Positions 17,943 to 28,230 of a stretch of 64,000 bases of DNA are shown one piece after another; within the stretch, counting starts at the first letter, position 1; each line of letters starts with the position of its first letter. The translations under genes and the position numbers were made by a program. The notes under the pieces are model-generated. The model did not search any database, was not told the origin of the DNA, and saw only the letters and a program-made list of their open reading frames with translations. This stretch comes from an uncultured Planctomycetia bacterium (GTDB taxonomy: Bacteria; Omnitrophota; Gorgyraeia; Tantalellales; Tantalellaceae): NCBI GenBank assembly GCA_964572255.1, contig CAZNEE010000002.1, positions 36,103 through 100,102 of the forward strand, written 5' to 3'.

Positions 17943-20900
17943 TTATGCCATTATCAGCGTTGCTGCGACTTTGTCATATTCGGGCAGTTCATGCGGTTGG
18001 GCGGGCCTGTATGAGAGGATGCCTTTAATAAGGAGTGTAATATTATTATTAATTATCGCTTTGATATAAGATTCTACCGAAACATCATCCAAATTAAAAT
18101 GTGATCTCAGATAAAAATTCAAAAGGCTGTATATAGGAGAATCCAGCGGCGTGTCTTCATTTATATGTCTGGTCAAGAGCATTATCACATAAGTATTTAA
18201 TTGAAAGCTGTCTCGTTCTTGTTTATTCCCGGTTCTTTCGTTTAAAAGAGAATCCGTATCCACCCTCAAAAATCTGACGCCTGCTTTTGTCAGCCTCCCC
18301 AGCTGCTCTTCAGGCATTTTATTAGAAACAAGCGTGATCGTGCGGTTTTCTATATCCTTAGCTTTAGCAAGAACTTTATCAACAAACTGTCCGTGGGTTT
18401 CTGCGCTTATACTATCAAGATTAAACCTGTCAGCATACTCTACTTTATGTTTTTCAAGTTCTCCGTTAGCGAAAAATTCAGAGGTCATAAGAAACGTATA
18501 CTTTGTATCCGGATGCGTGGGTATTATTTCTTTCCCTGCCTGATCAGCATTGTCCATATTACGCTGGACCATGATCACTTTTCTAAGCCATAATAGGTTC
18601 TCGATGTTATTTCCAGAAGTCTCATCCTTTTGCATTCTGAGCTCATTTTCGTTAATATTAATGAAATTATCTATTATGCTCAACGCTTCCCGATACTTGC
18701 CTCTGTCCGCAAGGATTTTTGGTTTTTTTGCAAAAAAATCACGCACATGATCCAATGGGCTCTGCATGACTTCCATCGAATATCCGCTGGTCAGAAGAAA
18801 ACCATATTTTGCTCCGAAAATTTTTGTTTCGATATGATCTACAAATGTAATGTCTCCCTCCCTGAGCTCCTCAATGGTTTTACTGTCCATTAATTGTGCG
18901 ATCAGAACTAAACTGAAAAATTGAGGATCGGTAAGCATTTTTTTCTGCAGCTGGATCATGCTATTAGGTAAAGCTATTAATTCATCGAATAGGTCCCGCA
19001 CGTATTCATAATCATCCCCGGCATAGATCCTCGCGCAACATATCGTTTCAATGTGTGTTGCCGAACTGATACCGATACCTTCCTTTATCCTTTGATCGTC
19101 TATCTCCATGATCTCGAAAAGAACCTTTTGCACCTCTTCATCAAAATCTGAAAGGCCTTTACCGGTGATCAATCTATAATATTCTGTTACCTTCCGGTCC
19201 AGTCTTTTTAAGATATCATTTCGTTCCATTTCATCAGTCTTTACGGCTTTGCTGTTAGCCAGATTTCTTCCTAAAATAACGAATTCCCGCGTTCTTAAGA
19301 ATTCCTCCCTTCGTTCTTTCTTGGATGTTATGATCTTTTTCATCAGTTGCAACCCCTTCATATGGCCCTGTGCATACAAAAGGGTCGCCTCAACCGGATC
19401 GGTATCATATTCACACTGTATTACTTTTTCGCAATTATCCAATATCTCCAAAGCCTTTTCATATTTACCCTCGTTATTATGCAACGCCGTGATCTCCATG
19501 ATAAAATCCAAAGCCACTCTTTTGAATCCCGAGAACGCATCCCCGCTTTTTTCAGAAACTTCATTCACGCTGAATTCGGGGTTCAAAAGTGAATCAGCAT
19601 AGAATTTGAAAAATGATTTTTTGCCGCCCGATTCCATGAACCTCCTCACGCTTTCCGGATCCATCAATCTGGCTATGAAATATATCAAGAGGTGCTCGGT
19701 ACTGCTGAGTATACTTTCAGCAAAACGGCTGCTCCTGTCGCTGTTTGATACCCTCTTATACAAATCAATTACCCGCCTGTGATCCCTTTTGCCGAACAGC
19801 AGGGAAACGCAAACTCTGCGAAATGTTTTCTCGGAGCCCAAAGCGATCATGCCATCCGCTAAACGCTCAAGCCCATACGCATTGACCGCTTGTAAGATCT
19901 GTCCGTATGCTGCCCGGGCTTCTTCGCCCGTAGCGACATGGACTTTTTCGCCGGTCTCATCCCAAATCTCATTTATCCTTCTTTCAAGCGCTTCGATCTC
20001 TCCCTCAGCATCGATCTTATCCTCTTCCCGACCTGTCTCAGGGAGTTCTTTAGGAATACTGCTTTTCAGAAGAAATGTAAACTCTGTTTCTCTTTCTTCC
20101 AAGGTCTTTCTTTGAGGGGCCCCCTCCTCAAGCGACCCCAGATCATTCCGGATGTATGCTATGTTCGCTTTGGCCATGCCCTCCGCCAAAGAATATTGGC
20201 CGACAGAGATGTAGTGCTCGATAAAACGCTTTTGAATATCCAGCAGGTCATCGTAAATGCTATTAATAAAAGACATCAGTTCCGGTCCCAAGAGACCCTT
20301 CTGGAACTCATCTCCCCCATCATGGATGCTTTTGAATAAATACTGCGGCAATGTAACATTTTGTCCTTTCATGCCCTCCACTGTGGCCGGGTCTATCATT
20401 TTGGCTATAAAATAAATCGCTAAAAATTCGCGCTTCGCATCGAACAAGAGATAGTTGCGGAAAAAACTTTCTGCCGGCAGATCTTTCCGGGACTTAAAAA
20501 ATTGCAGGATCTCTTCAAAATCCCTATCGCCAAAAAGTCTTGAATAAAGAAGCATGATGTGGCTCTGTTGCCCCACTGACAAATTCTCTTCATCGTATAT
20601 TTTCCTGAGCATGTTCGTCCGCCTGAACGCTATCTGTGATTTCTCACTGAAAGGATCGCTGTAATCAATAAACTCGTAATCATACATCCACGCATTGAAC
20701 AACAATCTTTCAAATCCGTGCTGATCCACTTCTTTCGCCAATTTATATCTATGGCTCTTTTCACTTTTATCCACTTTCAAATATCCTTCTTCCGCCAGCT
20801 GTTTCAGATCCCTTCTTGTCTGTGAATCCGGATGTTTTTCAGGCAAGGGAGCAAAGCCGAGTAATTCTTTTGCCCCATCATAGGCCTTATGGTATTCATC

Positions 20901-22988
20901 TATAGTAAATCCGCTTTCTTTACTTTTGTTATGCAGCGTTTCATCCGTCAAGATCAGCATCAAAGCGTCTTCTGCGCTTCTGCCGGGCTTTGTCCTTCCG
21001 TCTTTTTTCCCGGCCAGTTTTGCCGCTGTTTCCCTCCTCTTTATAGAACGGATATAACCTACAACCTGCCTGCCCTTCACACGTGTGGGCGATATGTCGC
21101 TTATGGTTCTTACAAATTCTTCATAATGTGCCGCCCATGATATCTTATCTTTGCCTGTACCTACATTCACGATCGCTCTAAAAGCGGCTTCCGTTTCCCC
21201 TTTTGCGCCCTCCGCTATCATCCGCAATAACTCGAGATCCAGCATTTTGGGGTCAATTTTTCCGTTCTTTACCGCATTGGCGATTTGTTTTAACTCTTCA
21301 TAAGGAGACCTTATCACAACCTCGTAACTCCCGCCGTCAAGGCTTCCTACCCAATCTTTATTTACCTTTAAACCCTTTTTTCTGATCGCTTTAAAAAGTT
21401 CCGTTATCTTTTGCACTGAATACCTATCAATAGAAGCCGCTTCGATGAACGCAATTAACGCATCTTTCTTCGCATTCTTAAGCCCTTCTATTTCTTTTGA
21501 TAAATGATCCCCGAATGATGACCATAAATATGTTCTAAAGAGCTCCATCTTGCGCCTGGCGACAAGTCCAAAGACCCAAGGTGCCGTTGTGGATTCTTCA
21601 ATAAGTCCTATAATCTGATCGAAATTCTTTAGCCCTATAAGCTTTTTATCCAATAAAACCTGCAGCATGGGGATAATATCTCCATCAACACTGCACTTAT
21701 TTTTTTGAGCGATCTCTTCCAAGCCAAAATCAACAGCGCTTTGAGCCCTCCCGATTATTTTCGCCACACGTTCCGTGATCTCTTCCTTTCCGTCCCCTTC
21801 CGCATAATCGCGTGTCAGAAGATTTGTATCCAAGTTTTGAATAGAGTATTTCTTAGGGTGTAAAACAGGCCTTTCTGTGCCGTCCAATAGTTCGTTTATT
21901 AATCCGGGGGTCCTTTCAGGTCCTACAGCGCTAAGGTAACGTTCATAAATTTCATTAACGGGATCCCCGGCACCTTCGCTAAATCTCAAAACTGGACAAC
22001 CTAACATAACTCCGATTTCATGAGAAAGCTTATCTTTTATTCGATCTTTTTCCAGGCGAGCGAAGGCAAGATTATTTGTCAGGCTGTTTATTACAGCTGC
22101 TGATAGGAAAATATGCACCGCATTATTGCTTGAATGATACAAGGGTGTGATTTGCCTTTCCTCTCCGTTCTCTGCGATAACCAAGACCGGAACTTTCCTG
22201 AGTTTTATTTCCACTTCTTCAGTAATCGGCACAATGAAACATTTTCTTTCTTCGAGCGGAATCTGCCCGTTATTATTTATCCCTATCTTAGCTTTTTCAA
22301 TGATATCTCTAACCATTGCCGGATAATCAAATCCAAGCTCATTTGGGGAATATATTGTTATGTCTTCCGACTCATGTGCCCACCTTATGATCGCATCGAT
22401 GCCTTCTTCATGCTGGATATATCTATTAATAGCTTTTTCATCTTTTTCCTGTCTTTCCGGAAGTGTTTTCGTAAGCCGATTATTGTTTTCATATTCCTGC
22501 TCGGTATAAATGCCTTTTAATTTAAAAGCTCCTTCTTCATCTTGCTTCAGTGAAAATACCGCATAATATGTGCGTGTGCCGTGCTCATCCTTTATCCTGC
22601 ACATAAGGCGGATTCCTTCGTCGACAGGCTTTGCTTCCTTATAGAAAAATTGGATATCCGCGGGTTGGTATATTGTCTGTTCTTTTATTATTCGCTTTTC
22701 GATGATATCTTCAAGGGCGGAAAATTGGACTATCGATCCCTCATGGTTTATCAACTTCTCTTGGTTCGTTGAGAAGAACTCTCGTAGTTGGGCTTCGAGC
22801 GCTATTTTTATTCTTCCGATATCCTTGTGCTCGATACCCAGAAGATCATTGCACACAGATGCCGTAGAAAGATCATTCTCTGAAATCGAGTTATTAAAGG
22901 GTACGCCGTAAGAGATGTCAAAAATTGTTGTATTCAGAAAAAAGCAGAATATGAGAATTGCACGGCTTACTCTGCGTCTAAAGCTCAT
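17943..22988 (-). CDS. Very large secreted hypothetical protein (1681 aa) with internal helical repeats
   Basis: Long uninterrupted ORF with signal peptide and its own promoter; three IYFIA.(M/L).D-type repeats. Confidence 0.8.
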   Translation of the reverse strand: MSFRRRVSRAILIFCFFLNTTIFDISYGVPFNNSISENDLSTASVCNDLLGIEHKDIGRIKIALEAQLREFFSTNQEKLINHEGSIVQFSALEDIIEKRIIKEQTIYQPADIQFFYKEAKPVDEGIRLMCRIKDEHGTRTYYAVFSLKQDEEGAFKLKGIYTEQEYENNNRLTKTLPERQEKDEKAINRYIQHEEGIDAIIRWAHESEDITIYSPNELGFDYPAMVRDIIEKAKIGINNNGQIPLEERKCFIVPITEEVEIKLRKVPVLVIAENGEERQITPLYHSSNNAVHIFLSAAVINSLTNNLAFARLEKDRIKDKLSHEIGVMLGCPVLRFSEGAGDPVNEIYERYLSAVGPERTPGLINELLDGTERPVLHPKKYSIQNLDTNLLTRDYAEGDGKEEITERVAKIIGRAQSAVDFGLEEIAQKNKCSVDGDIIPMLQVLLDKKLIGLKNFDQIIGLIEESTTAPWVFGLVARRKMELFRTYLWSSFGDHLSKEIEGLKNAKKDALIAFIEAASIDRYSVQKITELFKAIRKKGLKVNKDWVGSLDGGSYEVVIRSPYEELKQIANAVKNGKIDPKMLDLELLRMIAEGAKGETEAAFRAIVNVGTGKDKISWAAHYEEFVRTISDISPTRVKGRQVVGYIRSIKRRETAAKLAGKKDGRTKPGRSAEDALMLILTDETLHNKSKESGFTIDEYHKAYDGAKELLGFAPLPEKHPDSQTRRDLKQLAEEGYLKVDKSEKSHRYKLAKEVDQHGFERLLFNAWMYDYEFIDYSDPFSEKSQIAFRRTNMLRKIYDEENLSVGQQSHIMLLYSRLFGDRDFEEILQFFKSRKDLPAESFFRNYLLFDAKREFLAIYFIAKMIDPATVEGMKGQNVTLPQYLFKSIHDGGDEFQKGLLGPELMSFINSIYDDLLDIQKRFIEHYISVGQYSLAEGMAKANIAYIRNDLGSLEEGAPQRKTLEERETEFTFLLKSSIPKELPETGREEDKIDAEGEIEALERRINEIWDETGEKVHVATGEEARAAYGQILQAVNAYGLERLADGMIALGSEKTFRRVCVSLLFGKRDHRRVIDLYKRVSNSDRSSRFAESILSSTEHLLIYFIARLMDPESVRRFMESGGKKSFFKFYADSLLNPEFSVNEVSEKSGDAFSGFKRVALDFIMEITALHNNEGKYEKALEILDNCEKVIQCEYDTDPVEATLLYAQGHMKGLQLMKKIITSKKERREEFLRTREFVILGRNLANSKAVKTDEMERNDILKRLDRKVTEYYRLITGKGLSDFDEEVQKVLFEIMEIDDQRIKEGIGISSATHIETICCARIYAGDDYEYVRDLFDELIALPNSMIQLQKKMLTDPQFFSLVLIAQLMDSKTIEELREGDITFVDHIETKIFGAKYGFLLTSGYSMEVMQSPLDHVRDFFAKKPKILADRGKYREALSIIDNFININENELRMQKDETSGNNIENLLWLRKVIMVQRNMDNADQAGKEIIPTHPDTKYTFLMTSEFFANGELEKHKVEYADRFNLDSISAETHGQFVDKVLAKAKDIENRTITLVSNKMPEEQLGRLTKAGVRFLRVDTDSLLNERTGNKQERDSFQLNTYVIMLLTRHINEDTPLDSPIYSLLNFYLRSHFNLDDVSVESYIKAIINNNITLLIKGILSYRPAQPHELPEYDKVAATLIMA

Positions 22989-23057
22989 TAAAATTCACCT
23001 ACTCGAGTTAGTTAACATGATAAGTTAATTAGAAGTTAAATAATAAAAAACGTAGTT

Positions 23058-23086
23058 ATTGTAATATATATGCGCTGTTATGTCAA
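23058..23086 (-). promoter_or_regulatory. Sigma70-type promoter of the large protein gene
   Basis: TTGACA-17 nt-TACAAT. Confidence 0.7.
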
Positions 23087-23154
23087 CAAAAATTTATATT
23101 TTTAATAGAAAAATCTATATGCCATTTATTTAAAATAGTTTAGGATGTTAGGTT

Positions 23155-23646
23155 TTATTTCTTTTGAAAATAATGGAGGAGCGTTTCGTCGGTTTGATGT
23201 AATCTGCGGCAGGCCTCCCTTGCGATATTAAGGATCAATATCGCAAAGAGATCCTTGTCTGAATCATATATTGAAAGGAGTACGTCCCGCGATAGAACAA
23301 TTAATTCTGTATCTTCAACAGCTATTGCGTTAGCTGAATGCGGCTGGATCCCGATCACGGATGTTTCTCCGAAACAATGCCCGAGGCCGAATTCCACCAT
23401 CTCATATGGTCCATCAGGCGTATCAGCGACTATTTTGACCTTCCCGTACCGCACGATATAAATATGGCTGGGCTCGTCCCCTTCCTTAAATATATATTCG
23501 CCTGCCTTATAATAAACCTTTCTCAGCAATTTAAAGATATCGTACAGCTTTTTGTCAGGAAGTCCTCCGAATATCGATATTTCATTTAAGATCGGCAGGA
23601 CATCTTCTTCGTTCACAAGCGGGAGGTATTCTTTCTGGTCACTCAT
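23155..23646 (-). CDS. Stand-alone cyclic-nucleotide-binding domain protein
   Basis: IFKEGD, G.VKI, FGE..., SANAIA; no HTH. Confidence 0.85.
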   Translation of the reverse strand: MSDQKEYLPLVNEEDVLPILNEISIFGGLPDKKLYDIFKLLRKVYYKAGEYIFKEGDEPSHIYIVRYGKVKIVADTPDGPYEMVEFGLGHCFGETSVIGIQPHSANAIAVEDTELIVLSRDVLLSIYDSDKDLFAILILNIAREACRRLHQTDETLLHYFQKK

Positions 23647-23667
23647 ACTATTCCTTGATTTCGCGCA

Positions 23668-24375
23668 TCAAAAAAGAACTTTTGCTTTGATGCCCATAAC
23701 GTTATAGTCTGTCCATTTATCAACTTTTGCCTTGCTGGCCTGCCAAAGATAAAAAACATCCACGTTGAGATGCCTGAATATTTTTGATGTCAAGCCGGCA
23801 TAAAGCCGGTTTCTATTTATTTTTTCACCGTAAAAATCCAAAAATATTTCATCCGCCACATACGGCTGGATCTTATAGTCCGTCCATTTCCATGGAAATT
23901 TAACCGTTAGCTTATCTCTGTACCGCCATTCGTCATCCTTATTTTCGCGCATACGATATTCCAGGCGGCTCCTGTTGCTGAGATCAAGGTCATACAATTT
24001 CCATTTCACTGTCGCATTAGCGTGTGGCCTGTTCTCTTCCTTCCATTCATCTTCTTTCTTTTCGTAAACCTGACGATAATTCAAACCGAAATGAAGGCCA
24101 TCCGTTACCTTGAGATCCAGTCCGCCATCCGTATGCGTATAATATATTTCCGAAATATTATCTCCAAACCTTAATTCTTCTTCGACCCCGATCTTCCAAC
24201 GGTCATTTAATTTTATTTCGATGCCATCGGTATTCCAAAGCTGCCAGTCACCGTCATTGAAGGAATAACAATCATAAGATAGGATAAAAACGGTTGCAAT
24301 TAAACCGACGAATAAAACACTTTTCTTCACTGACCCCACTTTCTTCTTTCTTGTTTTATTTGTTAACTTTCCCAA
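23668..24375 (-). CDS. DUF2490-like outer-membrane beta-barrel
   Basis: ENRP, RSRLEYR, ADEIF, NRNRLYAG motifs; terminal Phe. Confidence 0.8.
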   Translation of the reverse strand: MGKLTNKTRKKKVGSVKKSVLFVGLIATVFILSYDCYSFNDGDWQLWNTDGIEIKLNDRWKIGVEEELRFGDNISEIYYTHTDGGLDLKVTDGLHFGLNYRQVYEKKEDEWKEENRPHANATVKWKLYDLDLSNRSRLEYRMRENKDDEWRYRDKLTVKFPWKWTDYKIQPYVADEIFLDFYGEKINRNRLYAGLTSKIFRHLNVDVFYLWQASKAKVDKWTDYNVMGIKAKVLF

Positions 24376-24830
24376 TCGAATCCTATGCTTTCAGAATCAT
24401 GCGGTATCCGGCCTTCATCAGGATTTTTCGGATCATAGCTTTCGGTGGTATGATAAAACAAACAAACGGGCTTGTCACCAAGCACTTTGTATCCATGAGC
24501 GACCATTTTGGGAATATAAATAAGCATGGGATCATCTCCTCCGGCGATGATCATTTGAATATTTCCTTTTGTTTCTGAATCGTCCCGCATGTCATATAAA
24601 ACCACTTGCGCTTCGCCTTTAGCGACAAACCACATATCATCTTGCTTCTTATGGTAGTGGAAGGCTTTAATAATTCCCGGTTTTGTCTCGGTGTAAGATG
24701 TTTGTTTTACACACTTGAAGAACGGATCGTTCTCTTTGAGGATCTCGGCAAAAAATCCCCGGTCATCATTGTGCTTTACTATTTTTTTTATTTGCACACC
24801 TTTGATCATTTTGCTCTCTATTGCTGTCAT
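24363..24830 (-). CDS. dTDP-4-dehydrorhamnose 3,5-epimerase family (RmlC-like cupin)
   Basis: DDRGFFAE, KAFHYH, IPKMVAHGY. Confidence 0.85.
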   Translation of the reverse strand: MTAIESKMIKGVQIKKIVKHNDDRGFFAEILKENDPFFKCVKQTSYTETKPGIIKAFHYHKKQDDMWFVAKGEAQVVLYDMRDDSETKGNIQMIIAGGDDPMLIYIPKMVAHGYKVLGDKPVCLFYHTTESYDPKNPDEGRIPHDSESIGFDWES

Positions 24831-24888
24831 TATGACTCCCTCTTTTTTTATTCAGTGAAGAAACTTTATCCTGTAGCGTTCCCACACT

Positions 24889-26370
24889 CTACGCGATCGG
24901 CAATGAAAACGAAAAAGTGCTGCCTTTTCCGTATTCAGACTTTACCCAGATCTTCCCGCCGTGGCTCTGTATAATGCTATTGGATATGGCGAGGCCCAAT
25001 CCGGTGCCCCCGAATTTTCCCGACTTCGCTTCGCCCAGCTGCGTAAAACTCTTAAATAGATGCGGAATATCTTCTTCCCTTATACCCGGACCGGTATCCT
25101 CAACGGAAACCACGACACCGCCAACGGTCTTCTCGGTCGTAACAGTGACACTCCCTTTATCGGTAAATTTTATGGCATTATTGACCAGATTCATAAGTAC
25201 TTGAACAATTCTGTCCGCATCAAATCTGATCTGAGGCAGATCTTCGGCAAGATCTATCTTGAGTTCCAATCCTTTATCCTGAGCCAGGATCACCAGTTCA
25301 GATTCCAACTCTCTAACTAAACTGTTCACATCTCCCGTTTTCATGTCATATTCCATTTTCCCGGCTGATAATTTCTGGTAATCAAGGATATCGTCTATTA
25401 AACTTCCTAACCGGTTAATGTTCCTTTTTGTGATATCCAATGTTCTTCCATGTTTCTGCTTTATAGCTTCTTCCATGTTAGCTTCCATTACATACATCCC
25501 CTCCCTTATGATAGCAAGAGGCGTACGCAATTCATGGGAGACCATGCTGACAAATTCATCTTTGAGTCTTTCGATCCTTTTTCGTTCTGTAATATCTCTT
25601 ATTACCGCTCTTGCAGCGACTATTTCCTTCCCCTCTTCCTGCGGGACAGCATTTACTTCGACCATGATCTTTTCGCCGGTTCTTGTGATAAAAGCTGTTT
25701 CGTAAGCCCTGATCTCTTGCCCGGATAAAACTTTTTCCAGCGCGCTTTTTGTTTCCTTCCTGTAATCAGGATGAAGGATATCTAATAGTGGCTTACCGAT
25801 ATACTCTTCTCTCGAAAATCCCATTGTTTCAAGTTCGGTTTGATTGGCATCGACTATTCTTCCTTCTTTATCCACTATATGTATCATGTCCAGGGCATCG
25901 TCAAAAAGACTCCGGTATTTTGTTTCATTTTTTCTCAGCTCTTTTATTGTCACTTTTACAAGACGATTATACGCTTTTACCCTTTCCATCGCCTTTCTGC
26001 GCCTGGTAATATCCTGAAATATCTCCAGCACGGCTTTCCTGCCGCTATAGATCATGCCGGTATGGGTGATCTGGAATGTCCTGCCCCCGCAGACATGTTC
26101 CACCTCAATAGTCTCCGTCCTGTCAAATTTAATGCCTTTTTTTAACGGGCAATTCGAACATTGCTCCTTGTTGTCCTTATACAATTCCCAGCATTTTTTG
26201 CCTACAGCTTCCTCTCCGTATATTTCCTGCAGTTTATCATTAACGAAAAGGATCGTGCCTTTTTCATCCACGATCTCCATGCCGAAAGGAATGGTCTTTA
26301 GAAGGGTTTGACAGAATTGATCTTGAATAAGATCCTTTTGGGGATTATTCCCTTTATCTTTCTTCTTCAT
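24889..26370 (-). CDS. Cytoplasmic PAS-PAS sensor histidine kinase
   Basis: SHELRTPL H-box, NLVNNAIKF, DTGPGI, GTGLGL. Confidence 0.95.
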   Translation of the reverse strand: MKKKDKGNNPQKDLIQDQFCQTLLKTIPFGMEIVDEKGTILFVNDKLQEIYGEEAVGKKCWELYKDNKEQCSNCPLKKGIKFDRTETIEVEHVCGGRTFQITHTGMIYSGRKAVLEIFQDITRRRKAMERVKAYNRLVKVTIKELRKNETKYRSLFDDALDMIHIVDKEGRIVDANQTELETMGFSREEYIGKPLLDILHPDYRKETKSALEKVLSGQEIRAYETAFITRTGEKIMVEVNAVPQEEGKEIVAARAVIRDITERKRIERLKDEFVSMVSHELRTPLAIIREGMYVMEANMEEAIKQKHGRTLDITKRNINRLGSLIDDILDYQKLSAGKMEYDMKTGDVNSLVRELESELVILAQDKGLELKIDLAEDLPQIRFDADRIVQVLMNLVNNAIKFTDKGSVTVTTEKTVGGVVVSVEDTGPGIREEDIPHLFKSFTQLGEAKSGKFGGTGLGLAISNSIIQSHGGKIWVKSEYGKGSTFSFSLPIA

Positions 26371-26392
26371 ATTTTAATGTGAGATCAGTGCC

Positions 26393-26644
26393 CTATTCTA
26401 CCCGATATACTACATCGTGAGTATGGACTTTACCTTTGACCTTGATGCCTACATCATCGCCCTTCTTTGCCTCTGTAACGTTTTCATGCTCGATCTGTAT
26501 GGAATCAACAACCTGAGTAAAATCATCCGAATGGCCTTTGATGTGGATATTGTCACCTACCTTCAGTTTGCCCGAAAGCTTTATTATGCCTACGTTTATC
26601 TTCCCGAAATAATGTATTATCTTCCCTATTTCTTTTTCCGGCAT
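26393..26644 (-). CDS. Small EF-Tu domain II-like beta-barrel protein
   Basis: IGKIIHYFGKINV, LKVGD.IHIKG, SIQIEH; start at ATG 26644. Confidence 0.75.
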   Translation of the reverse strand: MPEKEIGKIIHYFGKINVGIIKLSGKLKVGDNIHIKGHSDDFTQVVDSIQIEHENVTEAKKGDDVGIKVKGKVHTHDVVYRVE

Positions 26645-26654
26645 TTTACACCCC

Positions 26655-27143
26655 CTATTTAGTAGGTTTCGTCTGTTCTTCCTCGATCTTTTCAAGTTCT
26701 TCTTTTACCGCTTGCATGGTTTCCATCGTTTTGTCTAATTTAGCGTTGATATCCTTGATCCACTTGGTTTCCTCTTCCGGAGAAGGTTCTTCGCCTTCTT
26801 TTCTCAAAGCCGCTCTTATCTTCCTCCATATCCTGACGGCCGTTGAAACTTTTTTACTCATATCCTCTTTCAGGTCTTTCTCGCCCGGAGCGCCGGTAAC
26901 TTTGCCGTTATCGGTCACTTTGACATCTTTAAGCTCTTCTTTTACAACTTCAAGCACCTTGATGGTTTTATCAAGCTTCTCTGACATATCTTCACCCCAT
27001 TCAGCGTCTTTGGTGGTATAAGCACCTTGGGTTTGCTGAATTTTCTGAGCGAGAATTTCGGAACTGGCGCAAAAAAGAACCAGACAAAAACCCATAACAA
27101 AGATCACTAACGAGCGTAACGGTTTCACTGGTGAAACTAACAT
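26655..27143 (-). CDS. Secreted helical repeat protein
   Basis: AGGAGG RBS before ATG 27143; signal peptide; three similar helices. Confidence 0.65.
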   Translation of the reverse strand: MLVSPVKPLRSLVIFVMGFCLVLFCASSEILAQKIQQTQGAYTTKDAEWGEDMSEKLDKTIKVLEVVKEELKDVKVTDNGKVTGAPGEKDLKEDMSKKVSTAVRIWRKIRAALRKEGEEPSPEEETKWIKDINAKLDKTMETMQAVKEELEKIEEEQTKPTK

Positions 27144-27153
27144 TTTTCCTCCT

Positions 27154-27765
27154 TTATCCCGGTTGCTGAGGGGTTTCCTCTCCTCCCTTAAAAACAAATT
27201 TAAACACCTTTTTCAGGAATCTGAACATGACACGCAAAAACCAGATCGAAAAAACAATAAACGATATGACAATAACCGCGGCAATAACAGGGTGCTTGGC
27301 TATAAGCCACAGCGCAGCTATTACCAATCCGTCTTCAGTCACACTGGCTATAGAATTCGTGAACGGCTCAGGAGAAGCATTTATAGCAACCCTTGTTGTG
27401 GCTTTTGTAAGGTGAGCGTCCATGGATACAAAACCGCAAAGAAGCGCTATAGATGTCTGTGCTGCCGGGCTCATGCCGGACATTGCCATATACCCCATCA
27501 CTGTCGCCCCTGCAGGCCTGATAACCGTATGGAAAGAATCCCATAAATTATCGACATACGGGATTTTATCCGCGAAAAATTCAACCCCATAGAGAAGTAC
27601 GGCAGCAGCTATTATCATGGGATTACTAAGAGTATCCAGGCTGCCGGGTAAATTTATTACCCCCACTCTATCTGCTATGCCAAGGCCGGCGACCGTAAGG
27701 TAAAGGTTGACGCCAGATGCCCATGATCCCCCAAGCAACATGCCAAGATTCTGCAAAACGTCCAT
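27154..27765 (-). CDS. DUF4126 membrane protein
   Basis: ASGVNLY, EFFADKIP.VD..WD, SPEPF.N...S..ED. Confidence 0.85.
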   Translation of the reverse strand: MDVLQNLGMLLGGSWASGVNLYLTVAGLGIADRVGVINLPGSLDTLSNPMIIAAAVLLYGVEFFADKIPYVDNLWDSFHTVIRPAGATVMGYMAMSGMSPAAQTSIALLCGFVSMDAHLTKATTRVAINASPEPFTNSIASVTEDGLVIAALWLIAKHPVIAAVIVISFIVFSIWFLRVMFRFLKKVFKFVFKGGEETPQQPG

Positions 27766-27800
27766 AACAACACCTCAAGCAAAAAGTGTAATATTTAAAC

Positions 27801-28148
27801 TTATTTGGTTCTTTTCTGCAGGAAGAATTCAGGTTCTTCCAATATCGGCTCGTAATCTTTCGGCAGCGGCACAGGAAAAGTCGCCACTTCATACACGCCG
27901 ACAACTGCCCTCTTCACGACATTGTAAGTTCCCTGCAGGATCCCCCATGTCAGGCCGGCGAAGATCCCTTTTTCTTGAGTGGCGTCGCCCATGCCTTTTG
28001 TCAGTTCGAACGGGGAGGTCGCTACGTTAGCTATGCCTCTTCCGAGTTTTTTTACGGGTTTATACGTGATGTCCTCATCAGCACAAACCGGTAAAGTGAG
28101 TGAAACCATCATGCCTGCTACAACAAGTGCCACAACAAACTTTTTCAT
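27801..28148 (-). CDS. Exosortase-system-associated protein, TIGR04073-like (second paralog)
   Basis: KKLGRGIAN; VKRAVVGVYEVATFPVP. Confidence 0.75.
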   Translation of the reverse strand: MKKFVVALVVAGMMVSLTLPVCADEDITYKPVKKLGRGIANVATSPFELTKGMGDATQEKGIFAGLTWGILQGTYNVVKRAVVGVYEVATFPVPLPKDYEPILEEPEFFLQKRTK

Positions 28149-28230
28149 GTTACCTCCTTTTTCCTTTCGTAAATCGGTGGCTTATTTTATCATATTGTAT
28201 ATCTATACAGAAAGCTTTACAAGTATAAGC

